DNA of 62,765 nucleotides, the filler included, from Aduncisulcus paluster (Eukaryota), in assembly GCA_024181965.1 (NCBI GenBank). It is 9 parts of 9 records of this genome, joined end to end, with 100 filler letters (N's around TTAATTAATTAA, not from the genome) between each part and the next. Parts side by side here need not be neighbours in the genome. Positions count along the whole stretch, not along the records: positions 4,025 to 14,483 come from BQXS01011236.1; positions 14,584 to 37,095 come from BQXS01011237.1; 7 more parts are not named here. One strand, 5' to 3'. Shown here piece by piece: positions 10,291-21,809 of the stretch. Each line of letters begins with the position of its first letter. Position 1 is the stretch's first letter. Under the pieces are notes generated by a model, which had not been told where the DNA came from, did no database searches, and worked only from the letters and a program-made list of their open reading frames with translations. The position numbers and the translations under genes are program-made.

Positions 10291-11940
10291 CTATTTTCGG
10301 AAAGGAAAAGGATACGAAGGCTTCGGAGGATGTTTTGCATGTGATGCATTTCGACGTTTGATAATGCCTGACACCTTGGACCTTGTATTCTTTCGCCTTC
10401 TGCTCCTAGATATAGGTTCAGATAGGGAATAACTCGCTCTTTTCCTCTCCTTTGCTTCCTTCTCAAGCTCTTTTCGTGTTGATTCCGCACTAAGTTTCCA
10501 TATTTTTGAAGCCATCGCATCAACAGCACTTTCAAGCAAGAAACTGGCATCTTGTATGGTTCTCACAGGGAATTTGCTGCTCGTATTGACCAAGCCTGAA
10601 GAACTAATTGGTTGTTCAAGGGCAACATCTTGAGGTTCGTCGAGCTTTGGGATGAATTCAGATTCTCGCTCCCTCTGTTTCTCTTCTTCTCGAATTCTGG
10701 ATATCATTTTTTCTTCTTGTCGCCTCTTCTCCTCTTCTTGTCTAATCCTATATATCAAATCTTCCTCTTTTTTCATTTCTTCCATTCTCCTTTTCCTCTC
10801 TTCTTCCTCTCTCTTATGCTTTGCTTCTTGCTCTCTTCTTCTTTTTGCATCCTCCTCTTGCCATTTCTCAGCTTCTGCCATCCGTTTCTTTGCTTCCTCT
10901 TCTCTCCTTCTTCTCTCCTCTTCATCTCTCTTTCTCGCTTCCTCTTCTTCTTTTCTCCTCTCTTCCTCTTCTCGTCTCCTTTTTTCTTCGTCAGCTTTTC
11001 TTCTTCTCTCTTCCTCTTCTCTCCTTCTTCTCTCCTCTTCATCTCTCCTCTTCTTTTCTTCTTCTTCAATTCTCTTTTTCCTCTCTTCTTCTCTTCTAAT
11101 TCTTTCTTGTTCTTCTGCTTTTCTTCGTTTCTCATCATATTTCCTTTCCTCTTCACGAATCTTCCTTTCTTCCACTTCCAGAGCTAATTTCTCTTTTAAC
11201 AGCTTATTTTCAGTGATAAGACGCTCATTTTCAGCCGAAATCATATCTTTTTCTTTTTGAAGAATCTTTGAATCGTTAAGAGCGATGTGCAATTCCTTGG
11301 CGAGTAATATAGATGATATTGATTTCCCATCTTTGTAAGAGTCTGAATATTGATCAGCATATTCCTTTGCATCGATCGAAAATTGTTTTTCTTTTTCTAA
11401 TAATTCATGATTGTGTTTTTTCAGCTGGGTGCAAACTCCTGTCAAAGAAGCGAATTCAATCCTGAGCTGAGAAAGCTGGGATTCAAATGAAACTACTTCT
11501 TGACGTGCCTTAGACACACTTTCTCCAGCACGAGAAATGATTTTTTCCTTTTCAGTTTTGCAATCTTGCAAAGACTTTGTCAATTCAGAGATTCGTTGCT
11601 TGGCATCATCGTATAGCGGTTTAATATGAATGAGAGAATCAAGTCTTGTTTCTTGATCATGGATTGTATCAGAATCTTTTTTCATCTGTTTTTCCATAAT
11701 TGAACACCTTTTTTCAAATTGATCTCTCTCGACAGTACATCGTGATACAGAACTTTTTAATATTTGATTATCATGTTGAAGGGATTGAATTCTTTCTTCA
11801 AGCTCTCCCATTAGTCTATCTTGGGTTTCTTGGCCCGTTATCCATGCTTCTTGCTCTTTCGCCATCCTACGAACGTAATGTTGCAATTTTTGAACTGCTG
11901 CATCTCGTTCAGCTTTTAAATGCAATTCATTTGCATACAT
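10291..11940 (-). CDS. Coiled-coil protein with E/R/K-rich single-alpha-helix-like region
   Basis: About 549-aa ORF with EEERRRREEE repeats. Confidence 0.8.
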   Translation of the reverse strand: MYANELHLKAERDAAVQKLQHYVRRMAKEQEAWITGQETQDRLMGELEERIQSLQHDNQILKSSVSRCTVERDQFEKRCSIMEKQMKKDSDTIHDQETRLDSLIHIKPLYDDAKQRISELTKSLQDCKTEKEKIISRAGESVSKARQEVVSFESQLSQLRIEFASLTGVCTQLKKHNHELLEKEKQFSIDAKEYADQYSDSYKDGKSISSILLAKELHIALNDSKILQKEKDMISAENERLITENKLLKEKLALEVEERKIREEERKYDEKRRKAEEQERIRREEERKKRIEEEEKKRRDEEERRRREEEERRRKADEEKRRREEEERRKEEEEARKRDEEERRRREEEAKKRMAEAEKWQEEDAKRRREQEAKHKREEEERKRRMEEMKKEEDLIYRIRQEEEKRRQEEKMISRIREEEKQRERESEFIPKLDEPQDVALEQPISSSGLVNTSSKFPVRTIQDASFLLESAVDAMASKIWKLSAESTRKELEKEAKERKRASYSLSEPISRSRRRKNTRSKVSGIIKRRNASHAKHPPKPSYPFPFRK

Positions 11941-12158
11941 CAATGAATAAAAATTCTTTTATATATATATATCCAGGGAAATGCCAAATTTTCGATTTTT
12001 GTCCAAGTATTTCACCAGAATTTGAAACCTCTTCATATTTTATATTATATTGAATGAAAAAAGTTATTGATATTCAATAAATAGGTAGTGGAATAACGTT
12101 TTATTAAATTTACAAGAAGATAAAAATTCAAACTTGATATTCGTCCAATTCACAATTA

Positions 12159-14027
12159 ATGAGTGTTCGAAATCAAGGAAAAACTCATGAATGGCAACCA
12201 GAAACAATTGAACGAGCTCCAATTTATAGAAATACTGTGAATGTTGGAGTTCAAACAGTTTTGCGAGAATCTAGTGTTCAGACTGACCCTTGGGCACCAG
12301 ACTACATTTATTCTGGTCCTCGTCCTGAGGTATTAGAAATTTCCCATCTTACATTTGAGAATAATCTGTTACCTCCAGGTCAGAGAACTGTTGAACTAAT
12401 CAAGAAAGTAAGAAAGCGTCGAGAATTCGAAAAACAACTCCCACCCGTTGTCGACGAGAAATCATTTAATGAACGTGTCGATTTTTTAGCTGGTAAGGAT
12501 GTAGAGGATTGGGATGATCGAAAAAAGGATATCGAAGCCACTCAAGAAGAACATCTTGATCAGCTCCGTGCAGCCCTCGAAAAACGACAATTACTACGTG
12601 ATCAGCATAGAGCTAAGCGGTTGGCAAGTGTTCATAATGCCCTTCTAGTGCAGAAAGAGGAAGCCAGTAATAAGATTAAAAGAAATAGAATTGCAGCCAT
12701 GAGGAGACTTGCAGGTCAACGGAAGAAAGATCTTCTTGCTGGAGCTACGCCTTCAAGCCAAGCCAAGGGATCACATCCAAGTCGAAGGGATGTCATTCAC
12801 GAATTTGCTTGCCATACCAGTCGTTTCCATGCCGCAAGAATGAGAGATGGTGTTTGTCCACCTTTATTTAAGGGGACTGTTACGCTCCCGGGTACAGTTT
12901 TGAAAACAACCGAAGATCTGATTGATTTTTCCGCCGGACTTCCCGCCGAACTCATGATCCGGCAAAGTACAATGGGTAGAACCAAAAAAGATTTGAAAAA
13001 ATTGATAAATATTGAATTTGAAGATATTTCTCTTGGAGACGCCCTCGTACCTCCCCCTGGCATGACTTTAGCTGAGCACAAGGCACAACTCGCCATTATT
13101 CGCGGTAAACGGCGTCAAAAAGGTAAAAAACAGGGAGCAGCTGCAACTCAGCCAACTCCAGCAGCCCAACCTGCCCAACAACTGAAAGAGGCCGAAGAGG
13201 AAGAAGAGAAAGCGAAGAAGTCAGTTGATCCACACACCCAAAAGAAGATTGACGATGCTGTTCGTTATATCCAGGCCGTTGTTCGTGGTCGTGCCGAACA
13301 GTTGAGAATGGCCATTGGATGTGCTCAGAGGATATCTCTTGTTCGTGAACTCCTTGTCCGCCAACGAATCCATGAAGAGGAGGAAAGACAAGAAGAAGAA
13401 TTGAAACAAGTCGAAGAATCGAAAGGAGGTCGTTGGCGTGATCGTTCTGAAGAGAAAGAGGAGGACAAAATCCACATTGGTCGCGGTGAATTCGTCACAA
13501 TTGAGAAAGAACACGGCGATGCTGAGAAACTCGGTCAACTTCTTGCTGCCATGGATATCGATACACTAAGAAGGAGAGAGCATGCTCGGATGGCCCTTCT
13601 CGTCAAACTTACTGAGCTTCAGCGTGTTCGCAGAGAAGCCGCTGAGGTTGGTCGTCGTTCCCGTGAGCTTGAGGCCAGAGAGAAAGCTCGTGTGCGCTAT
13701 GAACAACTAATGTTGATTCATCGTTCATCGGCCAACATGTTTCTTGACGTTGTCGTGAGGAACACTGTCAACAAGGAGGCCAAACGGAAAGCCGAAAGTG
13801 AAGCCGAACAAATTGCCGCCGCCGTCGATTCTGCCGAATGTGAAGCCGAGAAAAGATTCGAAGGAAGACCGGCCGATGCTGTTCGTGATCTTGTTCAAAG
13901 TTTATTATATATGCAAATTGATAGACTTCAAGTCAAAAAGAATGTCAGATCAGAGCAAAAGAAATATCTTCACGCTGCGAAAACAGCTCTTGGGCCCATT
14001 CTTGATAAAATTGAAAGCAAGAAATAA
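12159..14027 (+). CDS. CFAP91: Cilia- and flagella-associated protein 91 (MAATS1/AAT-1)
   Basis: RESSVQTDPWAPDY...PEVLEISHLTF...RKRREFEKQLPP and the IQ-like YIQAVVRGRAEQ are characteristic of CFAP91. Confidence 0.8.
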   Translation: MSVRNQGKTHEWQPETIERAPIYRNTVNVGVQTVLRESSVQTDPWAPDYIYSGPRPEVLEISHLTFENNLLPPGQRTVELIKKVRKRREFEKQLPPVVDEKSFNERVDFLAGKDVEDWDDRKKDIEATQEEHLDQLRAALEKRQLLRDQHRAKRLASVHNALLVQKEEASNKIKRNRIAAMRRLAGQRKKDLLAGATPSSQAKGSHPSRRDVIHEFACHTSRFHAARMRDGVCPPLFKGTVTLPGTVLKTTEDLIDFSAGLPAELMIRQSTMGRTKKDLKKLINIEFEDISLGDALVPPPGMTLAEHKAQLAIIRGKRRQKGKKQGAAATQPTPAAQPAQQLKEAEEEEEKAKKSVDPHTQKKIDDAVRYIQAVVRGRAEQLRMAIGCAQRISLVRELLVRQRIHEEEERQEEELKQVEESKGGRWRDRSEEKEEDKIHIGRGEFVTIEKEHGDAEKLGQLLAAMDIDTLRRREHARMALLVKLTELQRVRREAAEVGRRSRELEAREKARVRYEQLMLIHRSSANMFLDVVVRNTVNKEAKRKAESEAEQIAAAVDSAECEAEKRFEGRPADAVRDLVQSLLYMQIDRLQVKKNVRSEQKKYLHAAKTALGPILDKIESKK

Positions 14028-14042
14028 TCAATCAAATAAATA

Positions 14043-14483
14043 TTACTCATTTCCTTCTTTGTTTTCCTTTTTCTCTTTCTTCTTCTTCTCTTTCTTTGGT
14101 TCTTTCTTCTCTTCTTCCTTCTTTTCTTCTTTTCTCTCCAGAGCACGAACAAGCAACTCAAGCCTCTTTTTTACATCCCTTTCACTTCTGCTTTTCAACC
14201 ACCAATCAAATCTGGTTTCCGGATGTGAATTAACTTCCTGCATGATCTCCACCCAGTTACCCCACCCACACTTTCCGACGGCCCTAATCAGTAAATCGTC
14301 AGAGACCCTCGAAAATGGTCCAGAATGGGTTGTTATTGGAGATATTAAGGAAGTCAGACCACCAAGAACTCTTCTTTTACCGAGCATTGGGAAATCTACA
14401 AAGTAATCTAAGTCAGAGTGACCATCGGAAATGATCGAAGGTGTGTTTTTTAGAGTATTTAAATGTTTCTTATTTTTTTTAAT
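14043..14483 (-). CDS. 3' end (SLIDE domain) of an ISWI/SNF2-family chromatin remodeller, 5'-truncated at the contig edge
   Basis: GWGNWVEIMQEVNSHPETRFDWWLKSRSERDVKKRLELLVR matches the SLIDE consensus (YGNW..LR..I...P.FRFDWF.KSRT..E...R...L). The frame is open to 14483. Confidence 0.8.
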   Translation of the reverse strand: MKKNKKHLNTLKNTPSIISDGHSDLDYFVDFPMLGKRRVLGGLTSLISPITTHSGPFSRVSDDLLIRAVGKCGWGNWVEIMQEVNSHPETRFDWWLKSRSERDVKKRLELLVRALERKEEKKEEEKKEPKKEKKKKEKKENKEGNE

Positions 14484-14583
14484 NNNNNNNNNNNNNNNNN
14501 NNNNNNNNNNNNNNNNNNNNNNNNNNNTTAATTAATTAANNNNNNNNNNNNNNNNNNNNNNNNNNNNNNNNNNNNNNNNNNNN

Positions 14584-17500
14584 TCGGTGGGACGTTTGAC
14601 TTCTTCCACGGCGTCTTCCTCTTCCATATCTTCTCTTGGGACCACCATCGTGTCCAAGCTTATCGACACGACGCTTCTCCCGTTTGCAGACATCCTTTTG
14701 GAGAATGGCATTCGTTGGAATTGACTGGAGGTCAAATGTATATCCGTGACGCTCAAGATGCTCTAACAATCCATACACTCTTCCCAATATGCCGTACAAG
14801 TTATTTACACCGGCGCAGACACTCAAGCATCCGAATAACGCCCGTTTAAGCGCCAACTCAACTGTTTTCCTGTCGTGGGGAGCTGTGAGGGTATGATTGA
14901 GTGCCACAGCTGGCGGTGTGTCCTTCCAATTGATTCCACGCCACCTACAGACCTCTTCTCCATTGCTCTCGAGCCTAAGTGGGTCACCAGCAGGAACGTG
15001 AAGGAGCAAAGACGGGGGATATGGAGCGATAGAGAGCTGAACTTCATCGAGTTGTGGGTACATTGTAAGGAATTGAGAGACGACTGGGGGATGAGAAGGA
15101 ACAGTCTCTGTGAATTTTGGGGTTAAGTGAGCATGTGACGGTTGTGATGGGAGAGGGAGATTAGGTGGGAGGTTTGTTGGAACAGATGAAAGGCCTGCTA
15201 CAGTGGCACCGAAGATATCATTATCTGCCGTGTGTGTTCCCAATGGAGTCATTTGGGTGTCTGTATCGAAGGGAGTTTGATCAGGTGATGCAGACACATA
15301 GCCAAGGTTACTACTTCCGAGAGATACATTAGACGAGGGGTATGGTTTTGGTTTCTTCCCAGTGGCTGATTTAGCCGTGGAAACATTCGAATCGTCATGG
15401 GCTCTTCGATGCTCTTCCTCTTCATGCTCACGTTCAGCTCTCCTCCTGACCCTCTCCCTTCTCCTTCGAGCAGCTTCAACACGGTATTCGGTATCTCTAT
15501 CAAAATTCTCAACACAAAGGACCTTCTTCACATCAAAGCTATGGAACATTTGTCCAGCAACATCAAGAGAACGAGAGAAATTGCTAATATTGACACTCCT
15601 CCACTGACCCCCAGGATTGTCCAAAGCAGCTTTGGCTTCACGCAGACGGTTGAGTTCGACGTAGAGACGCCTCAGAACAATTGGAGCAGTCGTAGAAGGC
15701 TTATTCCAAAGATTAGAGACAACCTCGGGTCCCGTTGAGTCCTTTCCAAACATATGACAGATGTGACGCAAGTGGATTTGCCTGAGCGGGATTGCTGGGA
15801 ACACTGAGAGTTCATTTTCCTTGAGTTTCCCATGTGGAGTGTCGGACCAAGAACGAACCAAGTGTTGAAATTCATTTGGAAGGAATAAATTCTGAAGTGA
15901 ATAAAGGACAGTGTGTGTTTCCTGTTTCGAATCTTCTGCGTCTGCAATATATGATTGACATGGAGCATCAGTTCCAAACGATTTCGATGGGGGGACATTG
16001 CCATCTTGCATGTTGCTTGTAGAAGGAGCAAATATGGATAAATCGTCAGTTCTAAAATTATCATAAGCTTGAGAAACAAGGAGAGGAGCACGACAACTGG
16101 ATTGTTCTTCTTCTTTTTCTTCTTCTTTCTTCTCTTTGCTCTCCTTTTCCTCTTCTTCTTCCTCCTCTTCTTTCTTTATAGATGCAGTGTCAGCAGGAAT
16201 GGTCGAGGTCACCTCTTGAGGAATGGGAATAGAGACAGACGAATTGACATCACCTTCGAACTTAACAGATACTTTAGGAGGAATAATAGCCTTTATCTCT
16301 GGTTTAACAACAACAGATGTTTTCTCTCCCTTCTTCTTCTTCCCTTCCTTCTTCTGCTTTCTTTACAAGAGGTATTGTTTGTTCTTTTGCTCCTTTTGTA
16401 ACTGGAAGATCAACTTTCTCTTCTTCTTCCTTCTTCTCTCTCTCTTCTTTCTCCTTCTTTTCTCTCAATTTCAACTCTATGTGCCTTCTCTCTTGTTCTT
16501 CAAATGTAATAGGAGCTTCGAGAGCATCTTCTTTGGCCATTTCTACGGACAAAGCGATGATGACACTCTCTTCCCTGGCCAATTTCTGACACTCACTGAC
16601 AAACCCAAATGACAAGAAAGATGGAGGGAACTCAACAGATGTGAAACGAGACAAAAGAGGATCCTTACCAATGATACCACAACCAGAATTCATAGGTGCT
16701 TGTGAGGACCCTTGTACAGAGTGAGGCATTGAGGCATATTTTTGAGCTGCGATTGATACTTCCTTACTTCTTGAGTTAATGGTATCAGAGACAAAGAAAG
16801 GATCGTTCGGGGGGAGGAAATCAGTGCCAAAATGTATAATGATCCAGGTACGTATGATCTCAATACACCGCAAGAAACGAAGCTCAAGGGTAGACAGTTC
16901 CAACCTTTGATCTTCTTGTATAAGCAACTTCCTCTCTTCCTCCGTAGACCCAGCATATGGTCTTGATCTGAGCTTTAATCCGCTCTGTGCTTGGGTGACC
17001 ACGACTTCTTCACCCTCACTTCCTTCCTCAATATCTGGCAGGGTACTCTTAACTTTCCCTTCACATCCGTAGGGGATGGAGACAAGGGTCTTATTGATGG
17101 TTGTATCAATGATCTTTTGGAAGGAAGGATGTCTTGGCGTGCAGGCAAAGAACTTGTCGTGGGTTCCTGTTGATATCTCTTGTGGAGTAAAGTGATCGAG
17201 CATGGATGCATCGCTGATATGGCCTGGTTTGAAGTTTCGTACACTTCTCCGCCCTCGAAAGTTATCAATTGTGAATCCCATCTCACTGACGGTGGGTGGA
17301 ATAACTCTGTAACTACTTCCATCCCTGTCCCACGTCTGAGTGGAGGGAACAGGTGGACACACAATGTGGGTGAAAGACCTTGGAGTNNNNNNNNNNNNNN
17401 NNNNNNTGTCTTGGCGTGCAGGCAAAGAACTTGTCGTGGGTTCCTGTTGATATCTCTTGTGGAGTAAAGTGATCGAGCATGGATGCATCGCTGATATGGC

Positions 17501-20232
17501 CTGGTTTGAAGTTTCGTACACTTCTCCGCCCTCGAAAGTTATCAATTGTGAATCCCATCTCACTGACGGTGGGTGGAATAACTCTGTAACTACTTCCATC
17601 CCTGTCCCACGTCTGAGTGGAGGGAACAGGTGGACACACAATGTGGGTGAAAGACCTTGGAGTGGGGTCTGAGACTGCTTCATAAGCAAAGGCCACCTCA
17701 CTATTGGGGATATTGATAGATGGAATAAAGAGAGAATCAATACCATGGCCGCATAGAGCCTCTTTTTCGATCATATCAATCTGTTGCTGAGAAAGAGTAG
17801 AGATGTAATTACTGAATAACTGGGATAGACGATATCCACTCCCAGCACAAGCCACGGCCTCTTCCTCTTCCTCTTCCTTCTGATCCTGCGAAGGGGCATG
17901 TTGGGTCGTCTCAAACATAGGACCAGAGAAGTAAGGAGCACTCACGGGAGGCACTAGGCCAACGGGAGGGTGAGTGAGAGATGGGGGATGCTCGGCGGGA
18001 GAGGCTGGGGGCATCTCAGAGACAACGGCAGAGGACACAGACTCAGGGGCAGGGTAGACAGAAGAGGCTCCAGATCCACTACGGATCCTTTGAGCACGAG
18101 GGATTCTGCCTCGGGTTGGACGACGGCCTCTACCTCGTCTTCCTCGTTCAGACTTGAATTCACCTTCTTCCCATGCATCAGCGCTTCTTCCACGCCATTC
18201 CTCATCGAGTTCTTCCTCTTCCTTGCGTTCAAGCTCCTCCTCTTCTTCTTCCTCACTTTCACTCAGAACAGCCGCAGATACAGTCCGTTTGCCACGTTTG
18301 GGGTGTTCTTTACGCTTCTTCTTAATGCTTGGGCGTTCGTCAAGAGCTAAAGCTTGCACGGTGGCATGTCTCGTCTCTCCACGGCGACGTTTTTGACGTT
18401 TGGCATCCTTGAGCATCAAAAAGAGGGATCTGAGAGTGGTTTCAGCCTTTGGAGTCTGAGGGGCCTTTAGTNNNNNNNNNNNNNNNNNNNNGGAAAATTC
18501 GAGGGATACGAACAAAGTTATGTTTTGTGCTCTAAAAATAGAAATTCTAAAAATAGATTTTTGAAATACGAAACTGCGCTATTCTCGTCATTTTACCAAA
18601 TAAATTGTCAGAATTCTGCATATTACATTGTGTTAAAGTGATTTTTATAAATTTTCAAACAGAGGTTGGAGATGAATTGATTGGGTTATTGAAGACAGAA
18701 ATAATAAAAAAACTTACGTATTCTCTTATTTCTTGTTGTTTTACACAATTTTGTATTTGTGAATTCTATTTTTAGAAATGCTATTTTTAGAACACGAAAA
18801 TTATATTTCCATGTTTATTCCATAGTTTCACATGTTATTGTGGATTTATAACAATATATCTTCATTCAAAAACATTTTTCACTCATTTTTGTCAGTATCT
18901 ACTCATCTCGAGTTCTCTCACTCAATAGAAAATCATTACAACATGATGTTGTGCAGCNNNNNNNNNNNNNNNNNNNNTGGGGTGTTCTTTACGCTTCTTC
19001 TTAATGCTTGGGCGTTCGTCAAGAGCTAAAGCTTGCACGGTGGCATGTCTCGTCTCTCCACGGCGACGTTTTTGACGTTTGGCATCCTTGAGCATCAAAA
19101 AGAGGGATCTGAGAGTGGTTTCAGCCTTTGGAGTCTGAGGGGCCTTTAGTAAAGGGCTTATACACTTTATGAAATGATCAAGCGAGAGTACATTCAATGT
19201 GAGTAGATGGACAAACCTCAGGAAATAATTGTAAAGCTCAGGAACATCACGAAGACTATCTGAAACATCCCTGAAGAGCTGTGTTACCTTTTGACGGTGG
19301 TCAATGGCGCTGATTGTGGTTATACTTTTGTCATACGTACACATACGATCTTTTTCATTAATAACACGCTTCTTGAGCATGCTGTATGGGGTTCCAAGGT
19401 CTTGATCATCAATTAGAAAAGTAATGTCAAGGTTAGATATCACTTCTTTTGTGATAACAGCATTGGTACGTCCACGACGATCTGGCCATCCATCAGGCCA
19501 TCTGTAATGGTCAACAACAAAATCACACCAAATTGGAGGAAGAAAGTATGCAAATTCAGCCAATAGTTGTGGTTTATCATGGAATAGCAAGGATATTGTC
19601 GCACAAACACGTTGTGTTCTGAACTGACGTTTTTGGTATCCACAGAGAACAGATAAAAATGCAGTATACAGTGGAGTATCGCTATTCATTTGTTCAGACA
19701 CGTGCTCGATAAAAGATTTGGCCTTATCTTTGTTTTCGTTTGATGATGTTGAAATTTGCTGAACTGGGGGAAGAGATAAAGCAGTTGGAATAACAGTGGC
19801 TTCAATAGTGTCAGGATTAACATGGGAGGCTTCTTCTTTTTCAATTGAAGCTTCTGGTGTCGATTTTTTGGGGGTAATTGACTTGGCATGGTGAAAGTAG
19901 AATTTTCTCATTGCTACTTTGGAAACGCTCGCTAAAAAGGGTTTTCCATGGCGATCTTTGGAATTTAGAACATGAGAAGAGAAAAATCCTTCGGGTGTGA
20001 AATGATATTGAGGTTGAAGGTACTTATTCATCTCACGGAGTAAATATATTTTTGGAGTTAATATTTCAAAAACTATTCTAACTATATCAGCATCTACTAA
20101 TTTCCGTTCACGATAATCGATCATTGAGTTTAAAAAAGTCAAATAATCATCCTTCGGTAATTCTTCTTTTAATTTCCCTAAAAACACTTGAGGATTGGAA
20201 TTAACACCATCCGAACCCTTTTCTTTCGACAT
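14584..20232 (-). CDS. SIN3: Sin3-like co-repressor with three PAH domains; split by assembly gaps/duplications and one frameshift near 16330; 3'-truncated
   Basis: PAH-like segments FLGKLKEELPKDDYLTFLNSMIDY...YLQP, AKSFIEHVSEQ...LYTAFLSVL...LLFHDKPQLLAEFAYFLPP and LFRDVSDSL...LYNYFLRFVHLL; GSGYRL resembles the HID GPSYRL motif. The pieces overlap via duplicated flanks. Confidence 0.7.
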
Positions 20233-20563
20233 TTTATAAAAGGGCACTGACAAAAACAGCACCAATGATTTCAAAGTCATGAAGAAAATTCCGAAGAAAA
20301 AATGGGGAAAAAATAGCCAATATAATATGAATAGAACGTTTTACGTTTTTTTTACTGAATATATAAAAATGTAGTTCAGAAATTGACAAAGATTCCCGGA
20401 GATGATAATCTTCCCAAATAAAGATATTATAAGATTCTTTTATCCAATTTTATTCGTGATATTGTATCTTAAAGGCATTTTGTATGACATAATCGCTTAA
20501 AAGCCACAAAAAAATTTCAAATTTTGAAATTATACATAAATATAATAAATTCATCACTGATAA

Positions 20564-20636
20564 GCTTCGCTGGTCTAGTCGGTATGACGTCACGCTCACA
20601 TCGTGAAGGTCCCGAGTTCGATCCTCGGGTGAAGCA
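20564..20636 (+). tRNA. tRNA-Val(CAC)
   Basis: Acceptor GCTTCGC/GTGAAGC, anticodon arm TCACG-CT-CAC-AT-CGTGA, T-loop TTCGATC and a downstream oligo-T terminator. Confidence 0.95.
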
Positions 20637-21285
20637 AATTTTTGGTTTTCAAAAACGATACAAAGCTAAAAAATAGGCATAATTATATAGACTATCCGAA
20701 CTTTCCCATTTAAAAAATTAATGTGATTTTTGTCACAATTAGATTTCAAAAACATCACTCAAATAACCGACAATGCATTCTCAAAATCACGAATCAGAAA
20801 TTTCAACACTTGAAGATTGCGACATTGATGCGGGGTATAAACCAATCAAAACAATCTTCGATATTTACCCTGAGCTTGCTTCCCACCCTAATGACATGAC
20901 CCTACCAGAAGAGACATACCCATCAGACACACCTGATAGTATAGCAGAAGAGGCGGAAATTACCCATAGTTCTTCCTTGATTTCTGCTGTACTATACTGA
21001 TACTGAATAAAATACACTGTATCTCCTGAAAGAATTCGATTTATCTGAATAATACAAAGGTTATAGTGTAAATTAAAAAAGTGATTTCTAAAAATAGAAT
21101 TCTAAAAATAGAACAACAAAAAAATAATTTGTTCTAAATCCAATAAAAAGTGTAGCCAATAAAAAGAATTTTTAAAATAGCAAAAATGGTTCGTACGGCT
21201 GGAGCAGTATGAGAATTCCGAGTGTCTGATGTTCTCGATTCAACATATGACACTTTTTATAGGTAATTTGTTTTTAATTAACCAT

Positions 21286-21358
21286 GCCTACGTAGCTCAG
21301 TCGGTAGAGCGTGCGGCTTTTAACCGCACGGTCGCGGGTTCGAATCCCGTCGTCGGCG
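21286..21358 (+). tRNA. tRNA-Lys(TTT)
   Basis: D-arm TAGCTCAGTCGGTAGAGC, anticodon arm TGCGG-CT-TTT-AA-CCGCA, T-loop TTCGAAT and TTTTT at 21361. Confidence 0.95.
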
Positions 21359-21596
21359 AATTTTTGTAATTATTTATGAGGTAGTTATCACCTTGTGGTG
21401 TGGTTTGACCTCTATACCATAAAAGGCCTATTCCAGATATGGTGACCCTCACACCACTACATGTGGCGAATGCTAGCTCTTGGAGCTTGCGAGCCTTCCA
21501 TAACTCGCATACGAGGCTTATACGAGGTCATTGGAGACCTGAAACAATAAATTGTAACACAGAAGACTCTTCGGAGGCTGGCTGAATCACACACCT

Positions 21597-21726
21597 TGTG
21601 GTATCGCCAACACCTACAGGATGTAGGAGGAGGCAAAGACTTTGACCTTTGGAACCTTCATACGAAGCTCTTTGTTTTACTCTTATTAAAATTATGATAT
21701 ACTACTTTCAAACACGGGATACCACA
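21597..21726. mobile_element. 130-bp LTR-like unit with 9-bp terminal inverted repeat
   Basis: TGTGGTATC...GATACCACA. Its minus-strand terminus TGTGGTATCCCG is identical to the LTR start at 53366. Confidence 0.5.
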
Positions 21727-21809
21727 CAAAAGTCATGGTCTCTTTTGCTAACTCATCTTCATAATGATCTAAAATCATGGAAAATTCGAGGGATACGAAC
21801 AAAGTTATG

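Noticed and set aside
10612..11260. Long F/L/S-rich ORFs antisense to E/K/R-rich genes (also around 16069-16612, 23180-23554 and 36721-37089)
   Set aside because: Shadow ORFs of purine-rich low-complexity coding sequence.
21455..21480. HDV-like/theta ribozyme (TGGCGAATG) next to the tRNA; also a group II domain-V-like and a U5-loop-like string on the minus strand
   Set aside because: The required P1/P2/P3 pseudoknot, or the flanking stems, could not be built.
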